Source of the DNA: an uncultured cyanobacterium
Lineage (GTDB): Bacteria; Cyanobacteriota; Cyanobacteriia; Cyanobacteriales; Nostocaceae
DNA: 64,000 nt
Assembly: GCA_963740315.1 (NCBI GenBank)
Contig: CAVUDP010000002.1
Location: 1,024,001 to 1,088,000 of the forward strand
Direction of reading: 5' to 3'
Below, piece by piece: positions 41,685-52,086 of this stretch. Position numbers and translations under genes: made by a program. The notes under the pieces were generated by a model, which saw nothing but the letters and a program-made list of their open reading frames with translations, did not search any database and was not told the origin of the DNA. Position 1 is the first letter of the stretch. Each line of letters begins with the position of its first letter.

Positions 41685-42245
41685 ATGACAAAGCAAAAAT
41701 CAAAGAAATTTAATTGGTATGTATGGTTTCCATATCCTAGCTCTTGGTTAAAAGCCTTATTTATCACCATATTTTTAAACGTAATTATATTTATTGTCAG
41801 TATTACTGCAATTACAGGTTTCTTAACAGCAGAAATCACAAATAGCCCAAATACGATTGTTTTCTTCGGAATATTTGCCTTACTAATTCCCATTCCGATA
41901 ATAGCCTTAGCTCATCATCTTTTACATTTATTCCTTGGTAAATATATACCAGGAATTCAAACTCCGGAGATGAAAAATACTCAAGGTATGAAAGTTAAAA
42001 TATTTAGCTGGTGGGAAGGTTTATATGGTTGGCTTGTGATTGTCATTTCTATAATGATAGCATCTGCTTTGTGTACATTTCTTTTACCTTTATTTAATTT
42101 AAATTATTCAATAAAAGTTGCAAACTATACATCTTCCCAAAAACAGATAATAACAATATTCGGTATTATTTTTATTATCACAGCAGCTTTACTTTACCAA
42201 TTTGAGTATTGCTTTAAACGTGGTTTAGTTTTTGTTAATCATTGA
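41685..42245 (+). CDS. Hypothetical membrane protein (4 TM)
   Basis: WFPYPSSWL, HHLL, SWWEGLYGWL. Confidence 0.75.
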   Translation: MTKQKSKKFNWYVWFPYPSSWLKALFITIFLNVIIFIVSITAITGFLTAEITNSPNTIVFFGIFALLIPIPIIALAHHLLHLFLGKYIPGIQTPEMKNTQGMKVKIFSWWEGLYGWLVIVISIMIASALCTFLLPLFNLNYSIKVANYTSSQKQIITIFGIIFIITAALLYQFEYCFKRGLVFVNH

Positions 42246-42943
42246 GAATAAAAATACTAACAATATACGTAAGATAAATCTCAGATTTGAATCAACTACG
42301 TGGTGAAATGGGATTAAATAAAATGAAACCGAAACCAAAAGATAAGTAATAATTTTTTTCTGATATCTGGTTATAAAATTACCTATATCTCTCTACTTAT
42401 TTCCTCTGCGTTCTCCGCGTCTCTGCGGTTTTTTTTACTAACCTTCTAAAATAAAGAAGTAAATAATAAATTATTTATTTGCTCGTTCAATTCTGACAAA
42501 GAAACAGTAAAACCTTCAAAACACAATTGATAATTATAATTTGCGTCTTCTTCAGACAACTTAAGATTTGAAATAGAATCATCTATAGAAAAATAGCGAA
42601 ACCTTTTATAAGCTGTTTTTCTAGTAGTCCAAACATTAGTTTTTATGGGTAATAAAGGTTCGTAGTAAGTGCTGTACTCGCTCCGGATTTGAGACTAAAG
42701 TCGGCACGTAGAACCCGCCGGAATTAATGCAATCAACTACCGATCCTTTTCATTTGTTTTAATGGTAACAAGGGTTCTTAGTTGCGCTTGGGCACTTCAT
42801 ATTACCGAATTCGGAGGGGGGCTGAAGCCCTTACTACAAACCTACTACTAGCCCCAGACTTCCAGTCTGCGGGCAATTTGTTTTATCAAATATCTTCCCC
42901 CCTCGCTAAAATAAAACCAACAAAGTAATTTCACACCCCAATC

Positions 42944-43909
42944 ATGTCAGATAAAACTACGCGACGTGACTTCTTAATTACCAGTGCGGCTGTTGCTGGC
43001 GGTATTGTCGGATGTAACTCTTTACAGCAAAATACCTCTAGCAATGCTGCACCACCTGCAAAAATGCCAGAACAAATTTTAGGAAAAACAGGTGTAAAAC
43101 TTCCTATATTCGGTTTAGGTGGTGCAGGGCAAACGCCACTATCTAGGAAAGAAGCAGAAAAAGATGCGATCGCACAAATTGAAAAAGCATTGCAACTCGG
43201 CATCACTTATTTTGATACTGCTGCAAGTTATGGCCCTAGTGAAGATTATTTAGGAAAAGTACTTCCACCACATCGAGAAAAAATCTTTTTAGCAAGTAAA
43301 ACAGCCGCTAGAGATAGAGATGGTGCTTGGAGAGAATTAGAAAAAAGTTTAAAAAGATTAAATGTAGATTATCTCGATCTATGGCAATTGCATCACGTTT
43401 CTTTCTCCGAAGAATTAGATACAATATTTTCTAATTCTGGCGCAATCAAAGCAATAGAAGAAGCAAAGCAACAGAAACTTATCCGATTTGCAGGAATTAC
43501 CGGACATCACGAACCTGACATCATTGCCGACGGGTTGCGTCGCTATCCTTTCGATCACACCTTAATTCCCGTAAATGCAGCCGATAAATATCATCCTCGT
43601 CCTTTTCTTCCCGTAGTTTTACCCGTAGCGCGAGAGAAAAACGTCGGCGTAACTGCCATGAAAGTACCAGCTTACGGCCGTTTATTCAAACCTGGTGGAT
43701 TATCCGGTATGGAACAAGCTTTAGGCTACAGCTTATCTCAATCAGGAGTACATTGCTGCATAGTCGCCGCTGAGAATATCAAACAACTAGAAGAAAACGT
43801 TAATGTAGCGCGAAACTTCCAGAAATTAGATGACAAACAATTAGTTGCGATCGAAAAGCAAGTAGCTGGAATTTGGGAAGATGGTAACTTTTTCCGCGCC
43901 TGGACATGA
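42944..43909 (+). CDS. Aldo/keto reductase with Tat signal and lipobox
   Basis: TRRDFL, IVGC; YFDTAASY, ASKT, DLWQLH. Confidence 0.9.
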   Translation: MSDKTTRRDFLITSAAVAGGIVGCNSLQQNTSSNAAPPAKMPEQILGKTGVKLPIFGLGGAGQTPLSRKEAEKDAIAQIEKALQLGITYFDTAASYGPSEDYLGKVLPPHREKIFLASKTAARDRDGAWRELEKSLKRLNVDYLDLWQLHHVSFSEELDTIFSNSGAIKAIEEAKQQKLIRFAGITGHHEPDIIADGLRRYPFDHTLIPVNAADKYHPRPFLPVVLPVAREKNVGVTAMKVPAYGRLFKPGGLSGMEQALGYSLSQSGVHCCIVAAENIKQLEENVNVARNFQKLDDKQLVAIEKQVAGIWEDGNFFRAWT

Positions 43910-44028
43910 CGAGAGGGGGAAGAGGGGGAGATGGGGAGATGGGGACAAACGGATGAGGAGTTATAAAAGCATTTGTAGTGGGAGCCGAACAGCTCCCTTG
44001 CTGTTTTCAATATGAGATATTCGCAATT

Positions 44029-44106
44029 CCTAACTCCTAACTGTTCACTGTTCACTGCTCACTGTTCACTGCTCACTGTTCACTGTTCACTCCTAACTCC
44101 TAACTG
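44029..44106. repeat. Heptamer STRR (CTGTTCA / ACTCCTA) overlapping the lpxB 3' end
   Basis: (CTGTTCA/CTGCTCA)n flanked by (CCTAACT)n. Confidence 0.8.
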
Positions 44107-45249
44107 CAAAATCTCCTCCGCAGCTCTTTCGCAAACTCCAATTTCTCCGACAAACTGCTGCATTTCTTGATAGTCAGCTTTCATTTTTTGCTGTCGCTGT
44201 TCGTTTAATAAAAATTCCATCGCTGCCTCTACGATATTCTCGGATGTGGCTGTTTCTTGAATGAATTCGGGTACGATTTCTCGCATTACTAATAAGTTAG
44301 GTGGGGAAGCGTAGGAAATTTTTACTTTGAGAATGTTTTTACCAACCCAGTAGGTGAAGGGATTTAAACGATATAAAACTACTTGTGGAATATTTAATAA
44401 TCCCAATTCCAAATTAACCGTACCTGATTTGGCGATCGCTAAATCCGCAGCAGCTAATACTTCTTGCTGTTGATTTGATATAACGGTTGCTCTCAATTGA
44501 TATTTATGTACTTGTTTTTCTATTTCTTCTCTATATATTTCCAGAGATAAAGGAATCCAAAAATGTACGTCTGGCATTTTAGTTTGAATTTCCCGTGCTG
44601 CTTCAAACATTACGGGTACCAGATGCTTTATTTCTTGAGAACGGGAAGCGGGAAAAAGTGCTATACAATTTACATCATCAGCTATTCCTAACTTTGCACG
44701 TGCTGCTTCTCTACTAGGAAAACTTTGCATTCTATCTACTAAAGGATGTCCTACCCAAGTTGCATCAGCACCTTTATTTTGAAAATAACGAGCTTCTTCG
44801 GGAAATATTGCTAGTATCTTATCGCTAATTTTTATTAGTTGTTCTGTATCTTTTTCTCCGATGGAAGTAACCCAAACTTGAGGTGCAATATAATAAACTG
44901 TGGGTACATCAGGCATATGACGGCGAATATACTTACCCATCGGCAGATTTCCCCCCATATAGTCAATAAACACGACTAAATCCGGCGGATTCTTTTCTAA
45001 AAAGGCAATTGCTTGCCGCTGTATTTTTAAAGTTGGCAATATAAAAGGTAAAGCTTCTAAAATTCCGATAGATCCGATAGAAGTAGTATTTCCTATTAAA
45101 GTCGCGCCAGCAGCAGCCATTTTCTCGCCACCCAAAGCCACAATTTCTAATTCCAATCCAGATGAAGCGGCTTGATTTTTGAGCGCAGTAATTAAAAGTG
45201 AACCTTGTAAATCACCTGACACTTCGCCAGTACTAATAAATATTCGCAT
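44080..45249 (-). CDS. lpxB: Lipid A disaccharide synthase
   Basis: GEVSGD, PQVW, GHP, PASR, SGT. Confidence 0.95.
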   Translation of the reverse strand: MRIFISTGEVSGDLQGSLLITALKNQAASSGLELEIVALGGEKMAAAGATLIGNTTSIGSIGILEALPFILPTLKIQRQAIAFLEKNPPDLVVFIDYMGGNLPMGKYIRRHMPDVPTVYYIAPQVWVTSIGEKDTEQLIKISDKILAIFPEEARYFQNKGADATWVGHPLVDRMQSFPSREAARAKLGIADDVNCIALFPASRSQEIKHLVPVMFEAAREIQTKMPDVHFWIPLSLEIYREEIEKQVHKYQLRATVISNQQQEVLAAADLAIAKSGTVNLELGLLNIPQVVLYRLNPFTYWVGKNILKVKISYASPPNLLVMREIVPEFIQETATSENIVEAAMEFLLNEQRQQKMKADYQEMQQFVGEIGVCERAAEEILQLGVRSEQ

Positions 45250-45397
45250 TTATAATTTGGGAATTGGGCATTGGGCATTAGGAATAGTTAAGAGTTAGGA
45301 GTTAAGAGTTAGGAGTTAATAATTAGGAGTTCGGAGTTTTTTATCCCCCCATCTCCCCATCTCCCCATCTCCCCATCTCCCCATCCCCCCATCCCTT

Positions 45398-46192
45398 TCA
45401 CTCTCTACCGGGAATTAAACCGCGTCTTCCAGGCATTTGAGAAAGTAGTAAAAAGCGACGTAAATGTTTTAGATGTTCGGTATCGCCTAAGAATTCTAAT
45501 TTTTCTATAGCTTCTTTGAATGTGATATCGGAACGGTAGAGAATGCGGAAGGCTTTTTTGAGGATTTGTAATTCTTCAGTGGAAAAGCCAGCGCGTTTAA
45601 GTCCGATTAAATTAAGCGTGCGAATGCGTGCGGGATTTCCTTCTACCAACATATATGGTGGGACATCGCGATCGATGCGTGCCATTCCCCCTACCATTGC
45701 CCGCGCACCAATATGCACGAACTGATGAACGCCTAAAACACCACTTAGTCTTGCACGGGACTCTATATATACATGACCTGCTAACGCCACCGAATTAGCA
45801 ATTACTACAGAATCTTCTAAAACGCAGTTGTGACCTATATGCACGTAAGCCATCAGCAAATTGCCGTTACCAATGCGAGTTTCTTCACCCGCACCAGTAG
45901 CGCGATTGATAGTAACGTATTCCCGAATACTGTTATCGTTGCCAATCTTAACCGTACTAAATTCCCCAGCGTACTTTAAATCTTGAGGTTCCGAACCAAT
46001 AACCGCACCTGAATAAATGCGGTTTCGCGCTCCTATTTCTATCGGTCCTTCAAGCACTGCATGAGAACCGATAATCGTTTCCGGACCGACTTTTACGTCT
46101 CCCTCAATCGTTGCGTAAGCACCAACTTCGACAGTCGGGTGCAATTGCGCTTTAGGATGAATTACAGCAGTTGGGTGAATAAGTGTCTTCAA
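45398..46192 (-). CDS. lpxA: UDP-N-acetylglucosamine O-acyltransferase
   Basis: Hexapeptide repeats, PQDLKY, IREYVTINR, LAGHV. Confidence 0.96.
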   Translation of the reverse strand: MKTLIHPTAVIHPKAQLHPTVEVGAYATIEGDVKVGPETIIGSHAVLEGPIEIGARNRIYSGAVIGSEPQDLKYAGEFSTVKIGNDNSIREYVTINRATGAGEETRIGNGNLLMAYVHIGHNCVLEDSVVIANSVALAGHVYIESRARLSGVLGVHQFVHIGARAMVGGMARIDRDVPPYMLVEGNPARIRTLNLIGLKRAGFSTEELQILKKAFRILYRSDITFKEAIEKLEFLGDTEHLKHLRRFLLLSQMPGRRGLIPGRE

Positions 46193-46401
46193 GGGTGCAT
46201 CTCCAGAACAGTTTGCTTGCTGAGTAATTTAAGTAATCAGTAGCCGAAAGCATCGATGATTCGCAACGATTAATGTGAGGGCGGCGAAAATTCGGAATTT
46301 TTACTATACTCTATTGGACTATTTATTTACCTATATTTTAATAATCCAAAGTTCAGTAAAGGCAGATAATAATAATGCCTTTACCGATAGAGAGTTATTT
46401 C

Positions 46402-46929
46402 TCAATTAACAAGAGAAAACATTAGTTCGCCTTTAGCTGCGAGCTGACCGTCCACTTCGGCACGACCTTGCATCTTACCAAAACGACGACGCTTAACCCA
46501 CAACAGTTCCAAGGTCATTACCAGCTGATCTCCAGGAACTACTTGGCGGTGAAAACGTACTTTATCAATGCCAGCAAATACGAAAAGTCCGCCTTCATAT
46601 TCAGGTAGTTGAGTCATTACGACACCACCGACTTGTGCCATCGCCTCAACAATTAGTACACCGGGCATAATTGGCTGTCCGGGAAAATGCCCTTGGAAAT
46701 GGGGTTCGTTGAAAGTAACATTTTTGATGCCAATAGCTTGTTTTCCAGGAGTGTAATCGGTAATTCGGTCTACTAATGCAAATGGATAGCGATGCGGTAG
46801 CAGTTTCTGGATTTCTTCTACTGTAAAAATTGTTTTGCTCTCGGATTTGATTGCGCTATCATCCAATTTATCTTCAGTAGATGCTGGTGCGTTCGCTTTG
46901 TTGGTGTTGACTTCGGTAACAATTGACAT
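46402..46929 (-). CDS. fabZ: 3-hydroxyacyl-ACP dehydratase
   Basis: [25 protein letters not shown]. Confidence 0.97.
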   Translation of the reverse strand: MSIVTEVNTNKANAPASTEDKLDDSAIKSESKTIFTVEEIQKLLPHRYPFALVDRITDYTPGKQAIGIKNVTFNEPHFQGHFPGQPIMPGVLIVEAMAQVGGVVMTQLPEYEGGLFVFAGIDKVRFHRQVVPGDQLVMTLELLWVKRRRFGKMQGRAEVDGQLAAKGELMFSLVN

Positions 46930-47038
46930 TTGGGTTTGTTGGGTTAATTTTTTCTGAAAGATGTTGAGAGTAGGCGATAATTCTGCGGAACTTCCCGCGA
47001 GGGATTTTGCATTTTAGATTAGTTTTCAAATCTAAAAA

Positions 47039-47890
47039 TTAATTTCTCAAATCTAAAATCCTTTGAGCCAGTTGAATATGTAAATTATGACTGGCTTTGT
47101 AGGCTAAGAAATGAGCGCGGGGGAAAATTCCTAATAAACTTAAATCTCCTACTAAATCCAAGATTTTATGACGTACAGGTTCATTTGGAAATCGTAGTGG
47201 TGGATTAACCCAGCCATCTAGACCACATACAAGGGCATTTTCTAAGCTTCCACCTTTGATTAAACCAGATTTTTTCAAATGTTCGATTTGATGCTTTAAG
47301 CCAAAGGTACGGGCAGGAGCGATTTCTGTAACAAAGCTCTCATCGGGGTTTTGCCGTTCGCCATAGGGCATCCAACTGTGCCATTGATTACCAATTGCTG
47401 GTAATTCAAAATCAATACCGTAGCTAAAACGAGTTTGTGGTGCTGGTATAGCACTAACAAAAGCATCTTCCTGACGTACCCAAATTGGTTCTTCCAAAGA
47501 TAAAGCATTCTCACAAACAGTTGAATTTTGTTCCACCGTACCGACTTTGGCTATATTTTCCGCCCATATTCGCGCCGAACCATCTAAAAGCGGTACTTCC
47601 GAACCATCAATTTCAATGCGGGCGTTATCTACCCCCATAGCAGCTAAAGAAGCCAACAAATGCTCTACAGTCCGAACGCTGGCTTCACCTTCCCTTAATT
47701 GAGTCGAGAGAACCGTCTCACTAACTGCTGCGATCGACGCTGGAATAGTAGGTGAATCCGGCAAATCGACTCGCACAAAATAGCGTCCGCTCCCCGCTTG
47801 GGCTGGCAGTATACTGACGTTAGTAATTACCCCACTATGTAAGCCCGTTCCTGTTTGGTTAATCTGGGCAGCTATTGTACGCTGTTGCAT
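47039..47890 (-). CDS. lpxC: UDP-3-O-acyl-GlcNAc deacetylase
   Basis: [25 protein letters not shown]. Confidence 0.96.
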   Translation of the reverse strand: MQQRTIAAQINQTGTGLHSGVITNVSILPAQAGSGRYFVRVDLPDSPTIPASIAAVSETVLSTQLREGEASVRTVEHLLASLAAMGVDNARIEIDGSEVPLLDGSARIWAENIAKVGTVEQNSTVCENALSLEEPIWVRQEDAFVSAIPAPQTRFSYGIDFELPAIGNQWHSWMPYGERQNPDESFVTEIAPARTFGLKHQIEHLKKSGLIKGGSLENALVCGLDGWVNPPLRFPNEPVRHKILDLVGDLSLLGIFPRAHFLAYKASHNLHIQLAQRILDLRN

Positions 47891-48197
47891 AAGTCACGCT
47901 TTTTATTTTTATATAATTAATTCGGCAGGAATATTATGTATTAAAAATATTCTCAATAATAACTACAGCTAAGATTTGGCTGAAGCGATGCTTTAGGTAA
48001 TAGTATTTAATTAAAGGTAAAAATTGGCAAGTTAAACGGAAAACAGTTGGAAGGTCAAAGGTCTGCATGTTAAAGGTCTGCATATTGAAGTGCCCTCCAA
48101 TAATGTAAGAAGTCGGTTATCTGAACTTGCATTGTTTTACAATCGGCAAGAAAATTCACCCTCCTAGCGATCGCTGGAGGGCGTTGAAAAAGTAAAA

Positions 48198-48235
48198 CTG
48201 CTAACTGCTAACTGCTAACTGCTAACTGCTAACTG
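48198..48235. repeat. Heptamer STRR (ACTGCTA)n
   Basis: About five tandem copies. Confidence 0.8.
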
Positions 48236-50572
48236 TTAAAACCTTTCCCCAATACCAAAGTTGATTCGGCTGTCTCCATCATCGTTAAGACCGTAATCGA
48301 TCCGAATTGGTCCGAGGGGTGACTGTACCCTTACCCCAAGCCCGTAACCGATACCAGTACCATTTTTATTAAGTATTTCCGCTGCTTCGGTTGTGGTTCC
48401 TAAGTCACTACCAACATCAACGAATAATGCGCCGCTAAGTACTGAGAAAAGTGGGAAGCGATACTCAACAGATGCTTCTACATAACTGCGTCCGCTACTT
48501 AATCCACCTTCGTCATAACCCCGAACGGAATTACTACCACCTAATGAAAAAGCTTCATAAGGAGGTAAATCGCCGAGAATGGTTCCAGCTTGAACGTTAA
48601 AAGCTAGGGTTTGAGGTCCTTTGCTAAAGTTGGTAAATTTGACAGGAATGTATTGGCTGTAATTACCCTGCAACCTAGTTAGAAAAATATTACCCTGTCC
48701 GATAGGTACAGACTGGTCTACACCCATACGGAAGAAGGAACCTTTTGTCGGTTGTAACGGGTTGTTTCGCTTGTCGCGGGCTGCTCCCAGTTTGACCAAT
48801 AGCAAATCGTCTTCACCAGTTCCGGAAGCGCTAAGGTCAATTATTCGTGAATCTATTTGGTCATCATCAAAAATCGCGCCTTGAGGTCTAGTATCGCCAT
48901 CACTATCGGTAATGTTAACTCTTTGATACTGCAAACCAGCAGAAGCTACCCATTCCGACTTTTCAAAAGGATTTTTATTCAGAGGACGGTTAAAGTTTAC
49001 ACCACCGCCAGTACGGACAACACGGGGGCGATCGCGTGCGTCGTCATTGCCGCTGGGGTCATCTAAGTCGAATGTTTCAATTTCGTCATCATCGCCGTCA
49101 AAAATTAAGGAAATCGATCGACGACGGAATGCGTTGACTGTATAGGAAGTGCGGAAAGGATCGCCTGCTATCCAAGGATCTGTAAAGCGGACATCGAACA
49201 AGAATTCCCTTGCTCCTAGCTGTAATTCTGCCCCTAAATCTTGGTTTCTACCGTTGAGGTTTTGCTCTTGGTAACTAATAGTACCAAACAATCCGCTCGC
49301 AGAACTAACACCAGCACCTGCGGCGATGGAACCGCTGTTTCGTTCTACTACATTGACAATTACATTTACTTTACTGGGGTCCTGACCGGGATCGAGGGAA
49401 ACGTTAACATCTTCAAATAACCCCAGTCCAAATACCCGCTGTAAATCTCTTTGTACGGTGTTGCGGTTAAATACTTCTCCTGGCTTGAGTTGTATTTCTC
49501 GTTTGACAATATATGGTTGGGTTCTTCCTTTTACGGGTTTGCCGTCTTCGTTAACGACTTCACCATCTTTGTTACGAAACTGAACTCGAATATCTTCTAC
49601 TAAACCTTCAGCTACTTGTAGCGTAACTACCCCATCGGGCGATACTTGAGGCGCTCCAATTACGTTTGCTAGTACGTAACCTTGATCTTGGTAGCTTTTG
49701 ACTAACAGCTTGATATTTTCCTGCAATTGGCGCAAGTTCAGAATTTGACCGTATTGTTCGCCGAATATTTCATCTACAGTTTTAGCAGGTAGTACAGAAG
49801 CAACGTTAGCACCCGGATTTGCTTCTATTTGCACTTTTTGCAAAACTGGGTTGGGTTGTACTACGAAGCTGACTCTAACTCCTAATGGTGTATCTTCGGG
49901 TACAACTTGAACGTTAGAGAAAAAGCCGGTTCCAAAAATAGCATTAATATCTTCTTGTAATTGCGAACGAGTTGTAGTTCGTCCGGGTTGAGTACGAATG
50001 ACTCTATAAACTTGTTCTTGCAAATTTTGAGTTAATTGTCCAGTTTCAGACCTAACCGAGACTTCCGAAACTAACACGCGGGTTTCATCTGCACTCGGCT
50101 GTTGAGTGGGTTGCGGTGTCCCCGGAGTTTGAAATTGCGGCTGCTGTTGAGTGGGTTGCGTCGTCCCCGGAGTTTGAAATTGCGGCTGCTGTTGATTTTC
50201 TTGCGTCGTCCCCGGAGTTTGAAATTGGGGTTGTGCTGGCTGTTGGTTTGGCTGGCTATTATCTAAGGTTGGAGGTATTTGAGGTTGAGCCTCGTCGGAT
50301 GGAGTATTTTCAGGAGGCTCCGTTAGCGTTGGTTGTTCGCTAGGGAGATTCTCAGGAGGGGGAATTTGCGGAGTATTTTGTGCAGTTGTCGAATTTGAAG
50401 TTGGTATAACTACCTGCAATTTTTTTGCATTTGAAGATTCTTGATTAGTGCTTACTGCTTTAAAAATATCTTGTGATTCAGAGGTATTGGTACTTTGTGC
50501 ATTTGCACTATATGAAACTCCTAATGTCGTCGCAAAAGTTATTACCGACACCAAAAAGGGAGATAAACGCAT
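48236..50572 (-). CDS. bamA: Omp85/BamA outer-membrane assembly factor
   Basis: Signal peptide, Pro/Gln-rich linker, POTRA domains, SVRGY, C-terminal FGIGERF; start set at ATG 50572. Confidence 0.93.
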   Translation of the reverse strand: MRLSPFLVSVITFATTLGVSYSANAQSTNTSESQDIFKAVSTNQESSNAKKLQVVIPTSNSTTAQNTPQIPPPENLPSEQPTLTEPPENTPSDEAQPQIPPTLDNSQPNQQPAQPQFQTPGTTQENQQQPQFQTPGTTQPTQQQPQFQTPGTPQPTQQPSADETRVLVSEVSVRSETGQLTQNLQEQVYRVIRTQPGRTTTRSQLQEDINAIFGTGFFSNVQVVPEDTPLGVRVSFVVQPNPVLQKVQIEANPGANVASVLPAKTVDEIFGEQYGQILNLRQLQENIKLLVKSYQDQGYVLANVIGAPQVSPDGVVTLQVAEGLVEDIRVQFRNKDGEVVNEDGKPVKGRTQPYIVKREIQLKPGEVFNRNTVQRDLQRVFGLGLFEDVNVSLDPGQDPSKVNVIVNVVERNSGSIAAGAGVSSASGLFGTISYQEQNLNGRNQDLGAELQLGAREFLFDVRFTDPWIAGDPFRTSYTVNAFRRRSISLIFDGDDDEIETFDLDDPSGNDDARDRPRVVRTGGGVNFNRPLNKNPFEKSEWVASAGLQYQRVNITDSDGDTRPQGAIFDDDQIDSRIIDLSASGTGEDDLLLVKLGAARDKRNNPLQPTKGSFFRMGVDQSVPIGQGNIFLTRLQGNYSQYIPVKFTNFSKGPQTLAFNVQAGTILGDLPPYEAFSLGGSNSVRGYDEGGLSSGRSYVEASVEYRFPLFSVLSGALFVDVGSDLGTTTEAAEILNKNGTGIGYGLGVRVQSPLGPIRIDYGLNDDGDSRINFGIGERF

Positions 50573-50700
50573 TTTATTTAGATTCCTTTTCACTTCCACA
50601 CACCGTCGTTCAATATGATAATTATTTGTCATCAGCCAGCAGTTATTTGTCAAGTACAGTCATAACCCATGACATCAAATAAAATTTAGTTAACTAGTAA

Positions 50701-51438
50701 CTAGATATTTGTCTCTACTGTTTTTAACACTCTTTCTAAAACTTCTTGGTAGGCATTCTCTACATTTCCCAAATCTCGCCGAAAACGGTCTTTGTCTAGA
50801 ACTCGGTCTTCTGGATCTTTAGTCGCGGTATCCCACAAACGACAGGTATCAGGACTAATTTCGTCCGCTAAAAGTAGCCTTTGTTGGGAGTCCAAACCAA
50901 ACTCTAGCTTGAAGTCCACCAAAGTAATGCCGCATTTGCCAAAAAAATCCTTGAGAAATTCGTTGATTCGCAATGTTTGATGAATAATCTCCTCTACTTG
51001 TTCCTGGGTAGCTAGTTCTAACAAGAGTAGACGTGCGATCGTCAATAAAGGATCGCCTAATTCGTCATTTTTATAATAAAACTCGACTAAAGGCTGTTTT
51101 AACACGGTTCCCAATCCTAAACCCGTTTGCTTGCAAAGGCTTCCGGCTGCAATATTTCGCACAACCACTTCTAAGGGAAAAATTTTCACCGCCTTTACCC
51201 GCATCTGGTTGGGATTTGGGTTATCCAGGTAATGAGTATTAATACCGGATTTCTCTAGCTGTTGAAATAGCTGGCTAGAAATGCTACAGTTTATGGTTCC
51301 TTTGTTGCTTATACTGCCGCGTTTCTGGGCATTAAAAGCTGTCGCATCATCTTTAAAATCAGCAAGCAAGATTTCTGGTACATCAGTAGCGTACAGAATT
51401 TTGGCTTTTCCTTCGTATAGTTTGGAGGTAACAGACAT
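50701..51438 (-). CDS. purC: SAICAR synthetase
   Basis: YEGKAK, DFKLEFG, ADEISPDTCRLWD. Confidence 0.97.
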   Translation of the reverse strand: MSVTSKLYEGKAKILYATDVPEILLADFKDDATAFNAQKRGSISNKGTINCSISSQLFQQLEKSGINTHYLDNPNPNQMRVKAVKIFPLEVVVRNIAAGSLCKQTGLGLGTVLKQPLVEFYYKNDELGDPLLTIARLLLLELATQEQVEEIIHQTLRINEFLKDFFGKCGITLVDFKLEFGLDSQQRLLLADEISPDTCRLWDTATKDPEDRVLDKDRFRRDLGNVENAYQEVLERVLKTVETNI

Positions 51439-51711
51439 AGGTAGAACGATTATTTGGCAAACGGAACTAATGCCAAGTTATGGCTTAACCATTTTATCTT
51501 TATTAGTAATATTAGCTAGATAAATCGGCAGGTAATATTTGTTATCTTCAAGAGCTAGCGAGAATTATTTAAAATGGATTTTTTTACCGTTGGGCTAGTC
51601 TTTATTAATACAAGAAGTTAACGATCCATTTGTACATTTATTAATAATTAAGGCTAAAATTTAAGTACGCCTTAAACTTAAAAATAGTTTTGATAGCTGG
51701 AGATAAATAAA

Positions 51712-51966
51712 ATGGATAAAGATGATTTGCTTTACCCTCGCAGTCGTTACTACGGTCAAGTCAAACCAGAAAACTTGGTATTTAATGCTAATTTGCAAGA
51801 GTTTGCTCAAAGAATTAGCTACATTTGCAACTTAGAAACTTCTGGTAAAATCCCCACCCTGGAAGCTTACGAACAAATAAAAGCTTTATGGAAAGAATTG
51901 AAGCGGTCAAAACACAACTTGCAAATTGGTCAAGACCCCTCGGAAGGAGATTTGGAAAACACATAA
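51712..51966 (+). CDS. Small conserved cyanobacterial hypothetical protein
   Basis: GGAG RBS; PENLVFNANLQEFAQ...LETSGK motif. Confidence 0.8.
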   Translation: MDKDDLLYPRSRYYGQVKPENLVFNANLQEFAQRISYICNLETSGKIPTLEAYEQIKALWKELKRSKHNLQIGQDPSEGDLENT

Positions 51967-52086
51967 TAATTAATCAAAACTAAATTAGAACGGAAAAATT
52001 TCAGCACTGCTCGAACACTTTGATACTGTTTAAGTTCGGACGTACTCAGTGTAATCAATTACTGATAATTGATAATTGATAATTGA

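Noticed and set aside
22276..48090. Shared AAAGGTCTGCATGTT.AAGGTC motif at ~22276 and ~48050
   Set aside because: Most simply a variant of the heptamer STRR family; no evidence of function
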